A DNA stretch of 62,882 bases, filler included. It is 8 parts of 8 records of this genome, joined end to end, with 100 filler letters (N's around TTAATTAATTAA, not from the genome) between each part and the next. Parts side by side here need not be neighbours in the genome. Positions count along the whole stretch, not along the records: positions 48,715 to 54,844 come from DRR723986_11603; positions 54,945 to 62,882 come from DRR723986_11670; 6 more parts are not named here. One strand, given 5' to 3'. Within the stretch, counting starts at the first letter, position 1. Each line of letters starts with the position of its first letter. The translations under genes and the position numbers were made by a program. Positions 52,541-60,874 of the stretch are shown here, one piece after another. Under the pieces are notes generated by a model. The model ran no database searches. It was given only the letters and a program-made list of their open reading frames with translations, and was not told the origin of the DNA.

Positions 52541-54844
52541 ATGCAGCGACTTCCTATAGTATTGATTCTACTGCTCCTGTTCCTATCGATCCAGACCCAG
52601 GAACTGTTCGCCTACAGAACCAGCCACGTGTATGGAATCTCAACCACTCGTTTTGTTGGGAGCCTTTGGCGGGTTAATCTGAAAACAGGCACGCTTGACC
52701 TGATCGCTGAAGTTCCGGTGCCGAGCCTGCATCAGGATGGCCTGCAGGCTGTGATTGACAACCATTCTGACTTGTACTGTTATATCGAACGGCCCGATCG
52801 AGTTAAACAGGACGCCGAGCTGGTTACGATCGAATTGTTAAGCGGCAACATCAAGGCTAAACATACACTGCCCAGCGGTAAATATTTGAGTATGCGCCTT
52901 AGTCCTAAAAATGGCTTGATCTATGTGCTGTTTAAACCCGAAGGTGAACTCGACTTCTTTTTGCTGGAAATCAACCCGCGTAGCGGCGCAACACGCACAG
53001 TGCAGCAATTGCCGGCAGGTTTTACGCCAAGTATGTGTACGGGAATATTCGACATAGTCGACGGTCAGTATCATGCCGTGCGTACCGTTGTTAATGCTAC
53101 AGACATCAAAAAAGTCTGGGTTTATGATGTTGAAAACGGTGAATTGCTCAAAACCTATGAGCTACCGAATGATATGACGGTGACAATATATGACCCATCC
53201 GAAGATGCTATTTTCAGTTTAACAAAACTTCGTGAAGATGGCGAGCTGAATGGTAGTTTTGCGGACCTGCAGCGCTTTGATCCGGATACTGAAGAGTTAA
53301 CACGACTGGGAACAGTCAGTTTTCCGCGTGGCTCTGGAACTCTGTCACATTGTCATACCGGCTTTGATGTGACGCTGCGTAAGATGTTTGTCGTTAGTAG
53401 TTATTGGTTGACGATCATCGATCTTGAAGCGCAGGAATCTACACTTGAATACCTCGGAGAACAGAATGCGGACTATCGCCAGTTAACACTTATCGCCAGT
53501 TATCCGGCTGACTCCAGTGAGGCCGATAGTTACCTGCAGCGGCTGGAAGCGCGTGTCGTGCACGATCTGGATGTTAACTGCAGCTATGACGCGCGCAATG
53601 ACGACCTGATGCAGGGGTACGCCATTGATGTCTCACCGTCTGATCAGGTCCTGTTCTCAGGCACAAACGGCAAAGCGATCACATATTTGCCTGAGGGTGA
53701 ATACAGTTTACGTGTGCGCGCGCCTGAGTGGTTGCAGGACTGTTCGTCACAGCCGATAAGTTTAACTTCAGAAGGGCAGGCGCAGGTGCCGGCGGATCTA
53801 TTGTTAAAACCGAAAGCAAGTGTGCGCAGGCTGGAACTCAGCCTTGTGTGCCGCGGCGAGGCCGAACCGGGCGAGCGGACGCGTTTTGTACTGCACTGTC
53901 ACAACACGGGCACCTTAACATACAATGGCAAAGTGCGCATGCAGCTAAACCCTCTTGTGGAAGTCCTTGCTATTGCACCGCAGCCACTGGAAGTTAATCC
54001 GCAGGAATTGGTGTGGGCGGTTGAGGGTTTGCGTCCCGGCCACACAATGCGGATAGGAGTTACCGTTCAGGTGCCGGACCGGCGCGATATACTCGGCCAA
54101 GAATTGTGCGCCCAGGCCGGATTGCTTCAACCGCGTTCCGACCTGCTACTGCGTGATGAAATGTCTGAATGTTGTTTACTGATTCGCGAGCGTCCGCCAG
54201 TTGAGCAGCCGCGTGATGACGAAGGCCGCCCTTACGACCCCAACGATATTACGGTAAGCCCGGCCGGCTTTGGTGATGAGGGCCTGGTTGTCACGGATGT
54301 CTCGACGCTGGTTTATCGAATTCGATTCCAGAACATCGGAACGGGTGATGCCAAAAATGTTATCATTCTCGATACGCTGGATGCAAATATGGATGTTAAC
54401 ACGCTGCAGTTTGGCGCGGCAACCCACGACTACACGGTTTCACTTTTGCAGGGTAACATTCTGGAGTTTCGATTCATCGGGATAAACCTGCCCTACGAAT
54501 CCAAGGATGAACCCGGTAGCCACGGTGCACTTAAATACCGGATTGACTTAAACAAAGGTTTGCCGGTTGGTACGCAAATTCGCAATAGTGCCGCCATCTA
54601 TTTTGACAATGAAGCCCCGGTGATTACGAATACTGAACTGACTACTCTGGGCGATGGTATCACAGACATTGAGGAGGCAAATCCCGGTGACTCTTATAAA
54701 ACCAAGCTTGAGCTGCGCTCGCTTGGGCAAGGCCATTTTGTTTGTCGTTTAAGCACGCCGTACGATTCTCTGAGAAGAGTGCTCAACGGCAAACTGCAAG
54801 TCTTTTCAGTCCTGGGGAGCAAAGTCTTTGAGACCAGTCTCAAG
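52541..54844 (+). CDS. Secreted protein: beta-propeller-like N-terminus, DUF11-like and DUF7619-like Ig domains, probable T9SS C-terminal sorting domain (truncated)
   Basis: Signal peptide; PYDPND...YRIRFQNIGT..A.NV.I.DTL...IRNSAAIYFD..PVITN; C-terminal LQVFSVLGSKV. Confidence 0.8.
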
Positions 54845-54944
54845 NNNNNNNNNNNNNNNNNNNNNNNNNNNNNNNNNNNNNNNNNNNNTTAATTAATTAA
54901 NNNNNNNNNNNNNNNNNNNNNNNNNNNNNNNNNNNNNNNNNNNN
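54845..54944. other. Artificial contig linker 7
   Basis: N44-TTAATTAATTAA-N44. Confidence 0.99.
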
Positions 54945-55070
54945 GAAGAAAGCTGAGGCCTACTTTCAAACAATCTTTTCTGATGATGGACCAATTCGTA
55001 ACAAACCAACGAATGACGCGAAATGCGAGAGGGATAGCCGCCCAAATTTCAGCGTAATTGGGGGGCTCCA

Positions 55071-55253
55071 ATGACAAAACGAAAGTCCCCACGGGAACTC
55101 GCCGCTAGAGCTCTGTGCAAACTGGATGGGAACACTCCAGATGCTACGATGGATGGGGAGCCGCTGTGGCAATCATATCTGCCGGAGGTTGATGCCACAT
55201 TGAAGGAGGCACTATCAGAGGAGGAGTGGCAGATGCTCAGGGATGACGGGTAA
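55071..55253 (+). CDS. Small hypothetical protein
   Basis: ELAARALC.LDG..PD....GEPLWQSYLPEVDA.L pattern familiar from alphaproteobacterial mobile elements; GGGGG RBS. Confidence 0.65.
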   Translation: MTKRKSPRELAARALCKLDGNTPDATMDGEPLWQSYLPEVDATLKEALSEEEWQMLRDDG

Positions 55254-55485
55254 GCCCCGCCTATGCCGGGACGAGGCTTAACCCTAGAGTGCGCACGTTG
55301 CGCACTTTCCCGCTTTATCAGGCAGGGATAGAACTACAATTGGATGAGAGCACCAAAAAGAATAACCCCACGTAAGTGTGAGGTTAATCTCCAACCACAT
55401 TTGATCGGGGTAGATAAAACGCGATGCTCCGAGCCTAGCTCACCAAAGTGCTGGATCAAGTCAACTATCCGTTATTATCTCAGGC

Positions 55486-55511
55486 AAAGAAAAACCCCGC
55501 CGTAGCGGGGT
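55486..55511 (-). terminator. Rho-independent terminator
   Basis: Minus strand ACCCCGC-TACG-GCGGGGT-TTTTCTTT. Confidence 0.8.
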
Positions 55512-55580
55512 GAGAAAGCGCCAGCCTCAGGAAAGGTTTTGAACCCGGCTGAGGTCGAGACACCAAATCAGTGGGTCGCG

Positions 55581-55751
55581 TCAATCGGCCTTTGCGGCTC
55601 CCTTGCTCGTGACAAGGGCGGTTATTAACACGCCAATTGGTCCAAGGATCACACCAAGCGCGATATGCAACTTTACGCTCAGGTCTTTGCGGGATGCGAG
55701 GCTTGCATTTATCAAGCCGCAGAGGACAGAAAGAATGATTATGATTGGCAT
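55581..55751 (-). CDS. 56-aa two-TM membrane protein (not in ORF track)
   Basis: Manual translation MPIIIILSVLCGLINASLASRKDLSVKLHIALGVILGPIGVLITALVTSKGAAKAD. Confidence 0.65.
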   Translation of the reverse strand: MPIIIILSVLCGLINASLASRKDLSVKLHIALGVILGPIGVLITALVTSKGAAKAD

Positions 55752-55948
55752 GAGGCTGAGATAAACACGAATCCAACTTATTCAAGCTCGCATCACCAGT
55801 GAAAGCAATTGTGCACGTATGGTTGGGAAGGGTGCCCCAGCAAGCATCTACGGGAGTGCCGCGCTGGTGCGAGCAGGCAACGGCTAGGTAGGGGACTCGC
55901 TGGGACAGTTCCGTTAATAGTCGATGTTAGGCGGACTTCAAAGGAGAC

Positions 55949-56122
55949 CTAAACGCTGGGTATGGCCTTTTTAACCTGCTGGTCGCCACACTCCACACAT
56001 TTCCATGTCTGAATTTTCACCCCAGCTTGAAAGTCCTGAAGGCCGGGCGGGTCTTCAGAACGGATCAGGCGGGATTTGGTCTCGCCGCAACTGGCACAAA
56101 CAATAAAATCAATCTCGGTCAT
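55949..56122 (-). CDS. 57-aa zinc-ribbon protein (not in ORF track)
   Basis: Manual translation MTEIDFIVCASCGETKSRLIRSEDPPGLQDFQAGVKIQTWKCVECGDQQVKKAIPSV, two CxxCG knuckles. Confidence 0.65.
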   Translation of the reverse strand: MTEIDFIVCASCGETKSRLIRSEDPPGLQDFQAGVKIQTWKCVECGDQQVKKAIPSV

Positions 56123-56274
56123 TTGAGATTTCTAGCGTCCGACTATCGAGTTGTCATCAACTTCAACCCTTACCACGGCAGTGAAATCAAACCCCATCTC
56201 AAATCTGACGACCCAAGACTTGCTTGGCCCTCAAGCGAAAGCGGCCCGGTTACCATTCGAAGTAACTTTTTGCG

Positions 56275-56613
56275 CTATGGGTAGAACTCACACCATGCCG
56301 TATAGATCCAGCCGTTAAAAATTGCTTCCCGTCCGTTTAGGGCCCCATTCTCGACATAACACCATTTGCCATCACATTTTCTAAGGTAGGCCGCGTCTCC
56401 GTTATGTAGTCTGCCAATCTGCCTGTACTTTGACCCCGGCCCAGCACGCAAAGCTAAGAAACCATCACCATTTGGATCAAGACCAGAGACCAAGCATCCA
56501 GTATCATATTCATAGGGCCCGCTGGGGACGAAGACACCGCCCGCAATTGCACTATTGGCTGAGGCGAGCGCCAAAAATAGTGCCAGTACTTTCAGGGTTA
56601 CTCGCTTCATCAT
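56275..56613 (-). CDS. Exported bacterial SH3-domain protein
   Basis: Signal peptide ..ANSAIA; VSGLDPNGDGFLALRAGPG..Y..IGRL.NG...W..V...GWI. Confidence 0.8.
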   Translation of the reverse strand: MMKRVTLKVLALFLALASANSAIAGGVFVPSGPYEYDTGCLVSGLDPNGDGFLALRAGPGSKYRQIGRLHNGDAAYLRKCDGKWCYVENGALNGREAIFNGWIYTAWCEFYP

Positions 56614-56707
56614 TAGACTTCCTTTTTGCTGAAGGGGTGATGGTAAACTTTTCTAGAGGCAGCATACTCATGTGAAAAAAACAGTTCCATGCTGCCTTAG
56701 TTGAGAT

Positions 56708-57016
56708 TCACCTATCAGTTCGCCGCCCACAAGTGTTGCAGAGCCAATGGCCAACACCAGAATCAAAATGCGCACTCTGACAAGTGCATATCGGCGCTCG
56801 ACCCTCAGTCTTGGTTGTTTCGCTAGTTTCCGCGATTGCGTCAAAAATCCCTGTGTCATTTACCATTTGGCGTATGACGCCCTCTAAAGCAGAAATCTCA
56901 GTCTCTGTTGGCTCCCTGTTGAAGAAGAAACCAACACCTCGACGGTCTAGGGGCTGTCGAAAGGTGAAATTAAGTCGGAGCTTCTGCTCGACATTCAGAT
57001 TGTGGACGTTTGGCAA
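56708..57016 (-). CDS. Hypothetical protein with C-terminal Cys/Zn motif
   Basis: CTC...WLCNTCG; TTG start. Confidence 0.55.
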   Translation of the reverse strand: MPNVHNLNVEQKLRLNFTFRQPLDRRGVGFFFNREPTETEISALEGVIRQMVNDTGIFDAIAETSETTKTEGRAPICTCQSAHFDSGVGHWLCNTCGRRTDR

Positions 57017-57258
57017 TTAGTGGTGTTCCCAAGGTTGGCAGGTGGATGCCGCGACGATGCGCGCAATTTCACAATCTGCCGATTCCGGAACATGAGCAAG
57101 CTAGTATTTGCTGGACTTTATCAACCACTTAAGCGCCCCTCGAAGGACCTGATACTTCCCTTTCGCCGGGGAGATTTTGTAACTAATTCCCACTGTTTCC
57201 AGCTTTGAAACAATCTACAACTTGTGCTAGAAGGTGCGCATTTTGGAGAAGCCATTTA

Positions 57259-57501
57259 ATGAGTGATTTCAAGCGAGAATGTCAGATCAAGATGCTCAAG
57301 GCTTGCGCCCAGTATTCCGAAACAGGGGTCTGGTCGGGTGAAATTTACTATCCCAACTGCGCTTGGGACATGGTCGAGATGGGGTTAGTAACCCCAAGTA
57401 AGGAAGTCACATTAGCAGGTCGGGTTGCATTGTTTCTGCTTGGCGAGGGCGAAGATCCATTAAGCCAATCTGCTAGCATATATGAGCTTGGGGGCGGCTG
57501 A
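57259..57501 (+). CDS. Hypothetical protein (possible winged-helix)
   Basis: GGAG RBS; MVEMGLV...EVTLAGR.AL wing-like motif. Confidence 0.55.
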   Translation: MSDFKRECQIKMLKACAQYSETGVWSGEIYYPNCAWDMVEMGLVTPSKEVTLAGRVALFLLGEGEDPLSQSASIYELGGG

Positions 57502-57562
57502 TTGACAGCTATCCAACAACTGATAGTTTTGAGAACGTAAGCTCTCTGACAATCTTAGACTG

Positions 57563-57596
57563 ACCCCACCCTGCATCGGTGGGGTTTTCTTTGTTT
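57563..57596 (+). terminator. Rho-independent terminator
   Basis: ACCCCACC-CTGCATC-GGTGGGGT-TTTCTTTGTTT. Confidence 0.75.
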
Positions 57597-57785
57597 CGCG
57601 GCGAAGAAACGGCAATACCGCTGCCCCAGTCTGGGGAGAGGGGTGGGCTGGTCCGATATGGCGCTTTGATTATTTTAATGAGCCGTACCCCTGAAAAGCA
57701 CATATGTGCGCGGTTTCCCAACACCCTTGCAGCTATCTTCCCCCGCGGGGCGACGGACACTCGTTAGGGACCGCATGTTATAGAG

Positions 57786-58310
57786 TCACTCGATTGCGCT
57801 CCAAAGGATCACTTCCTGTTCCTCTCGGTCGTTGGTGAAGAACGCTATGTCGGACTTACTGACCTTCTTCGATAGAACTGTGCACTGTTTTCTTTCAGCA
57901 AAGAACTCAGCAACAGGCTTGGAGAGTGTCCAAGAAATCCCGGCGGCATGGCCACCACGATAGACCATGACCCTTGCGGGGATATGTTCAGGAATCGTCT
58001 GGTCGACATACCTCAAGACATCGCGAATATCGGCTGTTCCGGCAGTGCGGAAAAAGTGTGTTTGAGTGATCGCCAAAGAAAAGACCTGTTCAACAGCCTC
58101 ACTCGGAAGCGCGAGATTGCGCACCATGTGCAGCGCCAGCGGCCATCTTTGGAAATCGTGCAGCCCGCAAGCCACAGAAAGCGCCGCCTCTACATCGCCT
58201 TTGTAGAATAGAGCTATATCATCAGCTTGAATGTGGGGTGGCATAGTCGGCGGAAGACCCTGTGACACCCTCACCCGTTCCTCAGTTAAATTTAGCGGCA
58301 CATGGGTCAT
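57786..58310 (-). CDS. Putative ADP-ribosyltransferase (R-S-E clade) with N-terminal helical domain
   Basis: VMVYRG (Arg), GISWTLS..VAEFFA (S-x-T plus helix), DREEQEVIL (ExE) in canonical order. Confidence 0.7.
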   Translation of the reverse strand: MTHVPLNLTEERVRVSQGLPPTMPPHIQADDIALFYKGDVEAALSVACGLHDFQRWPLALHMVRNLALPSEAVEQVFSLAITQTHFFRTAGTADIRDVLRYVDQTIPEHIPARVMVYRGGHAAGISWTLSKPVAEFFAERKQCTVLSKKVSKSDIAFFTNDREEQEVILWSAIE

Positions 58311-58585
58311 TTAGCAATCGCATCATCATCTTTGTCGGGGTCAGAAAGGAGACGCGCCCCGGTTCCGGTGCCATTTGTAATCTGAACATTCTCAGCAGCG
58401 AAGGCTGCGACAATCTTTGCTTCGACTGATGCGCTGCACGTACCAGTTTTCTCAAAGCGGTGAACTGTGGAGAAGGCAACGCTGGCCTTGTCCGCAAGCT
58501 CGCGAATTGACCATTGCAGGATTGCACGAGCCGCACGGTTCGCTTGTGGGGTGAGTTTTGCCAATTTTTGAACTTTCTTCGCCAA
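58307..58585 (-). CDS. XRE-family helix-turn-helix regulator
   Basis: LTPQANRAARAILQWSIRELADKASVAFSTVHRFE; its stop overlaps the ART start (ATGA). Confidence 0.88.
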   Translation of the reverse strand: MAKKVQKLAKLTPQANRAARAILQWSIRELADKASVAFSTVHRFEKTGTCSASVEAKIVAAFAAENVQITNGTGTGARLLSDPDKDDDAIAK

Positions 58586-58592
58586 AATGAAT

Positions 58593-58639
58593 ACAAGTGT
58601 ATTGACTACACTTGTTGTTAATGACTATATGTGTAGTCA
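58593..58639. promoter_or_regulatory. Divergent promoter with two palindromic operators
   Basis: ACAAGTGTA-TTGAC-TACACTTGT (58593-58615) and TGACTA-N6-TAGTCA (58622-58639); TTGAC...CTATAT sigma70-like boxes embedded. Confidence 0.7.
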
Positions 58640-58670
58640 CATTAGTAAGCAATAGAAAGGAACCGCGCAA

Positions 58671-58994
58671 ATGACACAGACAGTCACATATGACCTCACC
58701 GCCATCATGCAAGACGCTTGGGCGCGGGTTCACAAGTCCAACGTCGCAAAGTTTGGCCTGCGCTTCATTCTGCGCAATGCCCTCCGCGCCGCTTGGGGTG
58801 AAGCAAAGCATCAAAGGGCAATGGCCCGCCTTCAGGTTCAAGCCGCCAAGGAAAACCCGGAAGTGCGCCGGATCAAAACGTCCATAGCGGAGATTGAAGG
58901 CAAGAACCGCTGGACGCAGCAGGACTATGCCCGCCGGGGTGTACTGCGGGCAGCACTTCGAGCCGCAGAAGAACACCAGACATCTGCCGCCTGA
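58671..58994 (+). CDS. Phage-type hypothetical protein
   Basis: YD..AIMQDAW...LRNALRAAWGEAK motif; AAAGGA RBS. Confidence 0.75.
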   Translation: MTQTVTYDLTAIMQDAWARVHKSNVAKFGLRFILRNALRAAWGEAKHQRAMARLQVQAAKENPEVRRIKTSIAEIEGKNRWTQQDYARRGVLRAALRAAEEHQTSAA

Positions 58995-59055
58995 CCAACA
59001 AAAATTCCAAGACGCCATCAGTTTTGACCTGATGGCCACACCAGAGGACGAACCA

Positions 59056-59751
59056 ATGCAAACCAGTGAACTCAACACAATCAACACCCGCCTTGGGGCA
59101 TTTGCTCAGGCGATGGGCGATACGCCGCCTGCCGCAATCATCGGCCCGCAGGGTGAGCCAACACTTGACCTGTTGGCCTACCGAGCAAAGCACGGCCTTA
59201 GCCTTGATTGGATCGTTCTGGGGGAAGGGCCGCAGTACCACACCCGCCCCACCGCAAAAGCCTCAGATTTGGCATATGACGCCACCTTTCTGCATGGCCT
59301 CCTGCAAGGGTTGGATCATCTGATTAACGACATGCCCACCGAAAACAGCTCAGTTTCAAACGCCACCATAGCCCTTTCACAGGAAGTTCTGACCAAGGCA
59401 GATGTGCTTTTGAGGGGCATTGAGACCCTTGCAGAGACCAAGAAAGGTGACGTTGATCCCCACGCCGGGTGGTTGCTCAATTGGAAAGATGCCCGCCACA
59501 AATGGGCGGCGGCAGCGGTAGGGAGAGATGAACAATGGGACGTTTCCGCCGCAGCTGAGGCCGAGGGCAAGGCGGACGCATTTGCCGAACTAATCTCGCA
59601 AACCTCTGCCAAGACCATTGAGGGAATACAGGCAAAGCTTGAATACTGGCTTGCCGATTATGGCAGCGCCATGGACCCGAAAGACCCCAGCTTGGCGCTG
59701 GTCCGTTCCGTATCAAATGAGTTGGCCAGCCTGAAAGGCGGTGCGCAATGA
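59056..59751 (+). CDS. Hypothetical protein, N-terminal HTH-like segment plus helical module
   Basis: HGLSLDWIVLGEGP resembles the end of CI-type HTH domains; GAGGA RBS. Confidence 0.7.
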   Translation: MQTSELNTINTRLGAFAQAMGDTPPAAIIGPQGEPTLDLLAYRAKHGLSLDWIVLGEGPQYHTRPTAKASDLAYDATFLHGLLQGLDHLINDMPTENSSVSNATIALSQEVLTKADVLLRGIETLAETKKGDVDPHAGWLLNWKDARHKWAAAAVGRDEQWDVSAAAEAEGKADAFAELISQTSAKTIEGIQAKLEYWLADYGSAMDPKDPSLALVRSVSNELASLKGGAQ

Positions 59752-60248
59752 GCATCGCGGCAGCAATCACTACGGCCTATCAAGCGGGTAGCGTCCTGCA
59801 AGTCTGCGCCCGTGCCTTGGAGAACGAACACCCGTTGCGCCCCGGGGACGACGATGCAACGGCAGAACTTGTTCGCCTTGCGGGTGACATGGTTGGGGAG
59901 GTGATCGACGGCTTGGAGACAATCGAACGCAACCCATGCCCAAACGGGGCTGCGGATTTATTCAGGCGCTGGCAGGAGAATAGAGCAGCGCAAAAGGCCA
60001 TTGCCGAAACGCTCAAGGGCGATGCGAACACCCCGCCCGAGTTGGAAATAATGGCAGCCGCTGAGGAAGTGCTTAGCCAAGAGATTGCGGCCTGTACCCC
60101 GGACAACGATACGGATGCAGCGGCCATACTGGAATGGTGCATTCAAGACAGCGGCGGCGCAATTCTGTGTGACCTATATCCGCAAGCACAACGCGCGGTG
60201 ATTGACTACCTGGCATCCAAGGGCGGGTCCCTCAGTTTGGTCGCATGA
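59748..60248 (+). CDS. Hypothetical helical protein, paralogous to the C-terminal part of the upstream gene
   Basis: ATGA overlap; shared AY.A...G(I/L)ET..., W...R, LE(Y/W)...D.G.A, LAS(L)KGG. Confidence 0.7.
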   Translation: MSIAAAITTAYQAGSVLQVCARALENEHPLRPGDDDATAELVRLAGDMVGEVIDGLETIERNPCPNGAADLFRRWQENRAAQKAIAETLKGDANTPPELEIMAAAEEVLSQEIAACTPDNDTDAAAILEWCIQDSGGAILCDLYPQAQRAVIDYLASKGGSLSLVA

Positions 60249-60303
60249 GGCTTGCAGGCACAAAAATGAACCAGAGCGGGGGCGCTATCGGAGAAATCAT
60301 TGA

Positions 60304-60810
60304 ATGAACTGCTATACCAATAATCGGAACTGGTCTGACCGGTTCCTCCCCGAAATCAAACAACTAATCGGCGGCTATCTCCTTGAGACTGCCGCCGATC
60401 CGTTTGACCATATGCAGGCTACGGATCTGATGATGCTGGATGCGCGGGATATGCGCGTTGCCGCCCGCGTCCGCCGCCCCGGCTATGCGCAACGCTATCC
60501 CCACCAGTTCACCATACGCTCAGCGGTCGCCTCAGGGGCGCAGACAGAGCTATCGAAAATAGTCAACGGAAATGGTGATTGGATGTTCTACGGGCATTCT
60601 AACGCCAGCCAGACGGGTCTGGATGCGTGGTGGCTGATAGACCTGCGGGCGTTTCGTGCAGCGCTCATCCGCCATCAGATGAACGGGTCCAACATCGTCA
60701 TGGGGGATCAGGTGAACGCCGATGGGACGCGGTTCAAGTGGTTTGATATGCGGTCTTTTCCGGCAGAGCCGAGGTTGGTGGTGGCGCAGGGCGACGCTTT
60801 CAAACTTTAA
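60304..60810 (+). CDS. Phage-associated protein, possible PD-(D/E)XK-like nuclease
   Basis: D...ATDL......VAARVR...FTIRS...GAQTELSKI..G.GDWMFYG; fold is inferred. Confidence 0.55.
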   Translation: MNCYTNNRNWSDRFLPEIKQLIGGYLLETAADPFDHMQATDLMMLDARDMRVAARVRRPGYAQRYPHQFTIRSAVASGAQTELSKIVNGNGDWMFYGHSNASQTGLDAWWLIDLRAFRAALIRHQMNGSNIVMGDQVNADGTRFKWFDMRSFPAEPRLVVAQGDAFKL

Positions 60811-60874
60811 CGTATAGGCTTGAACGCTGCTCTCAGCACAGCTAACCGTGGGTTGTAGCATTTGAGCAGATACA

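Noticed and set aside
8459-54944. Seven recurring TTAATTAATTAA motifs in N-runs as a biological repeat or array
   Set aside because: Identical 100-nt padding with six-frame stops; an artificial contig joiner. Gene neighbourhoods across linkers are meaningless.
55251-55907. CRISPR array or retron msr-msd
   Set aside because: Hairpins differ in sequence and spacing; no cas or reverse transcriptase gene in the contig.
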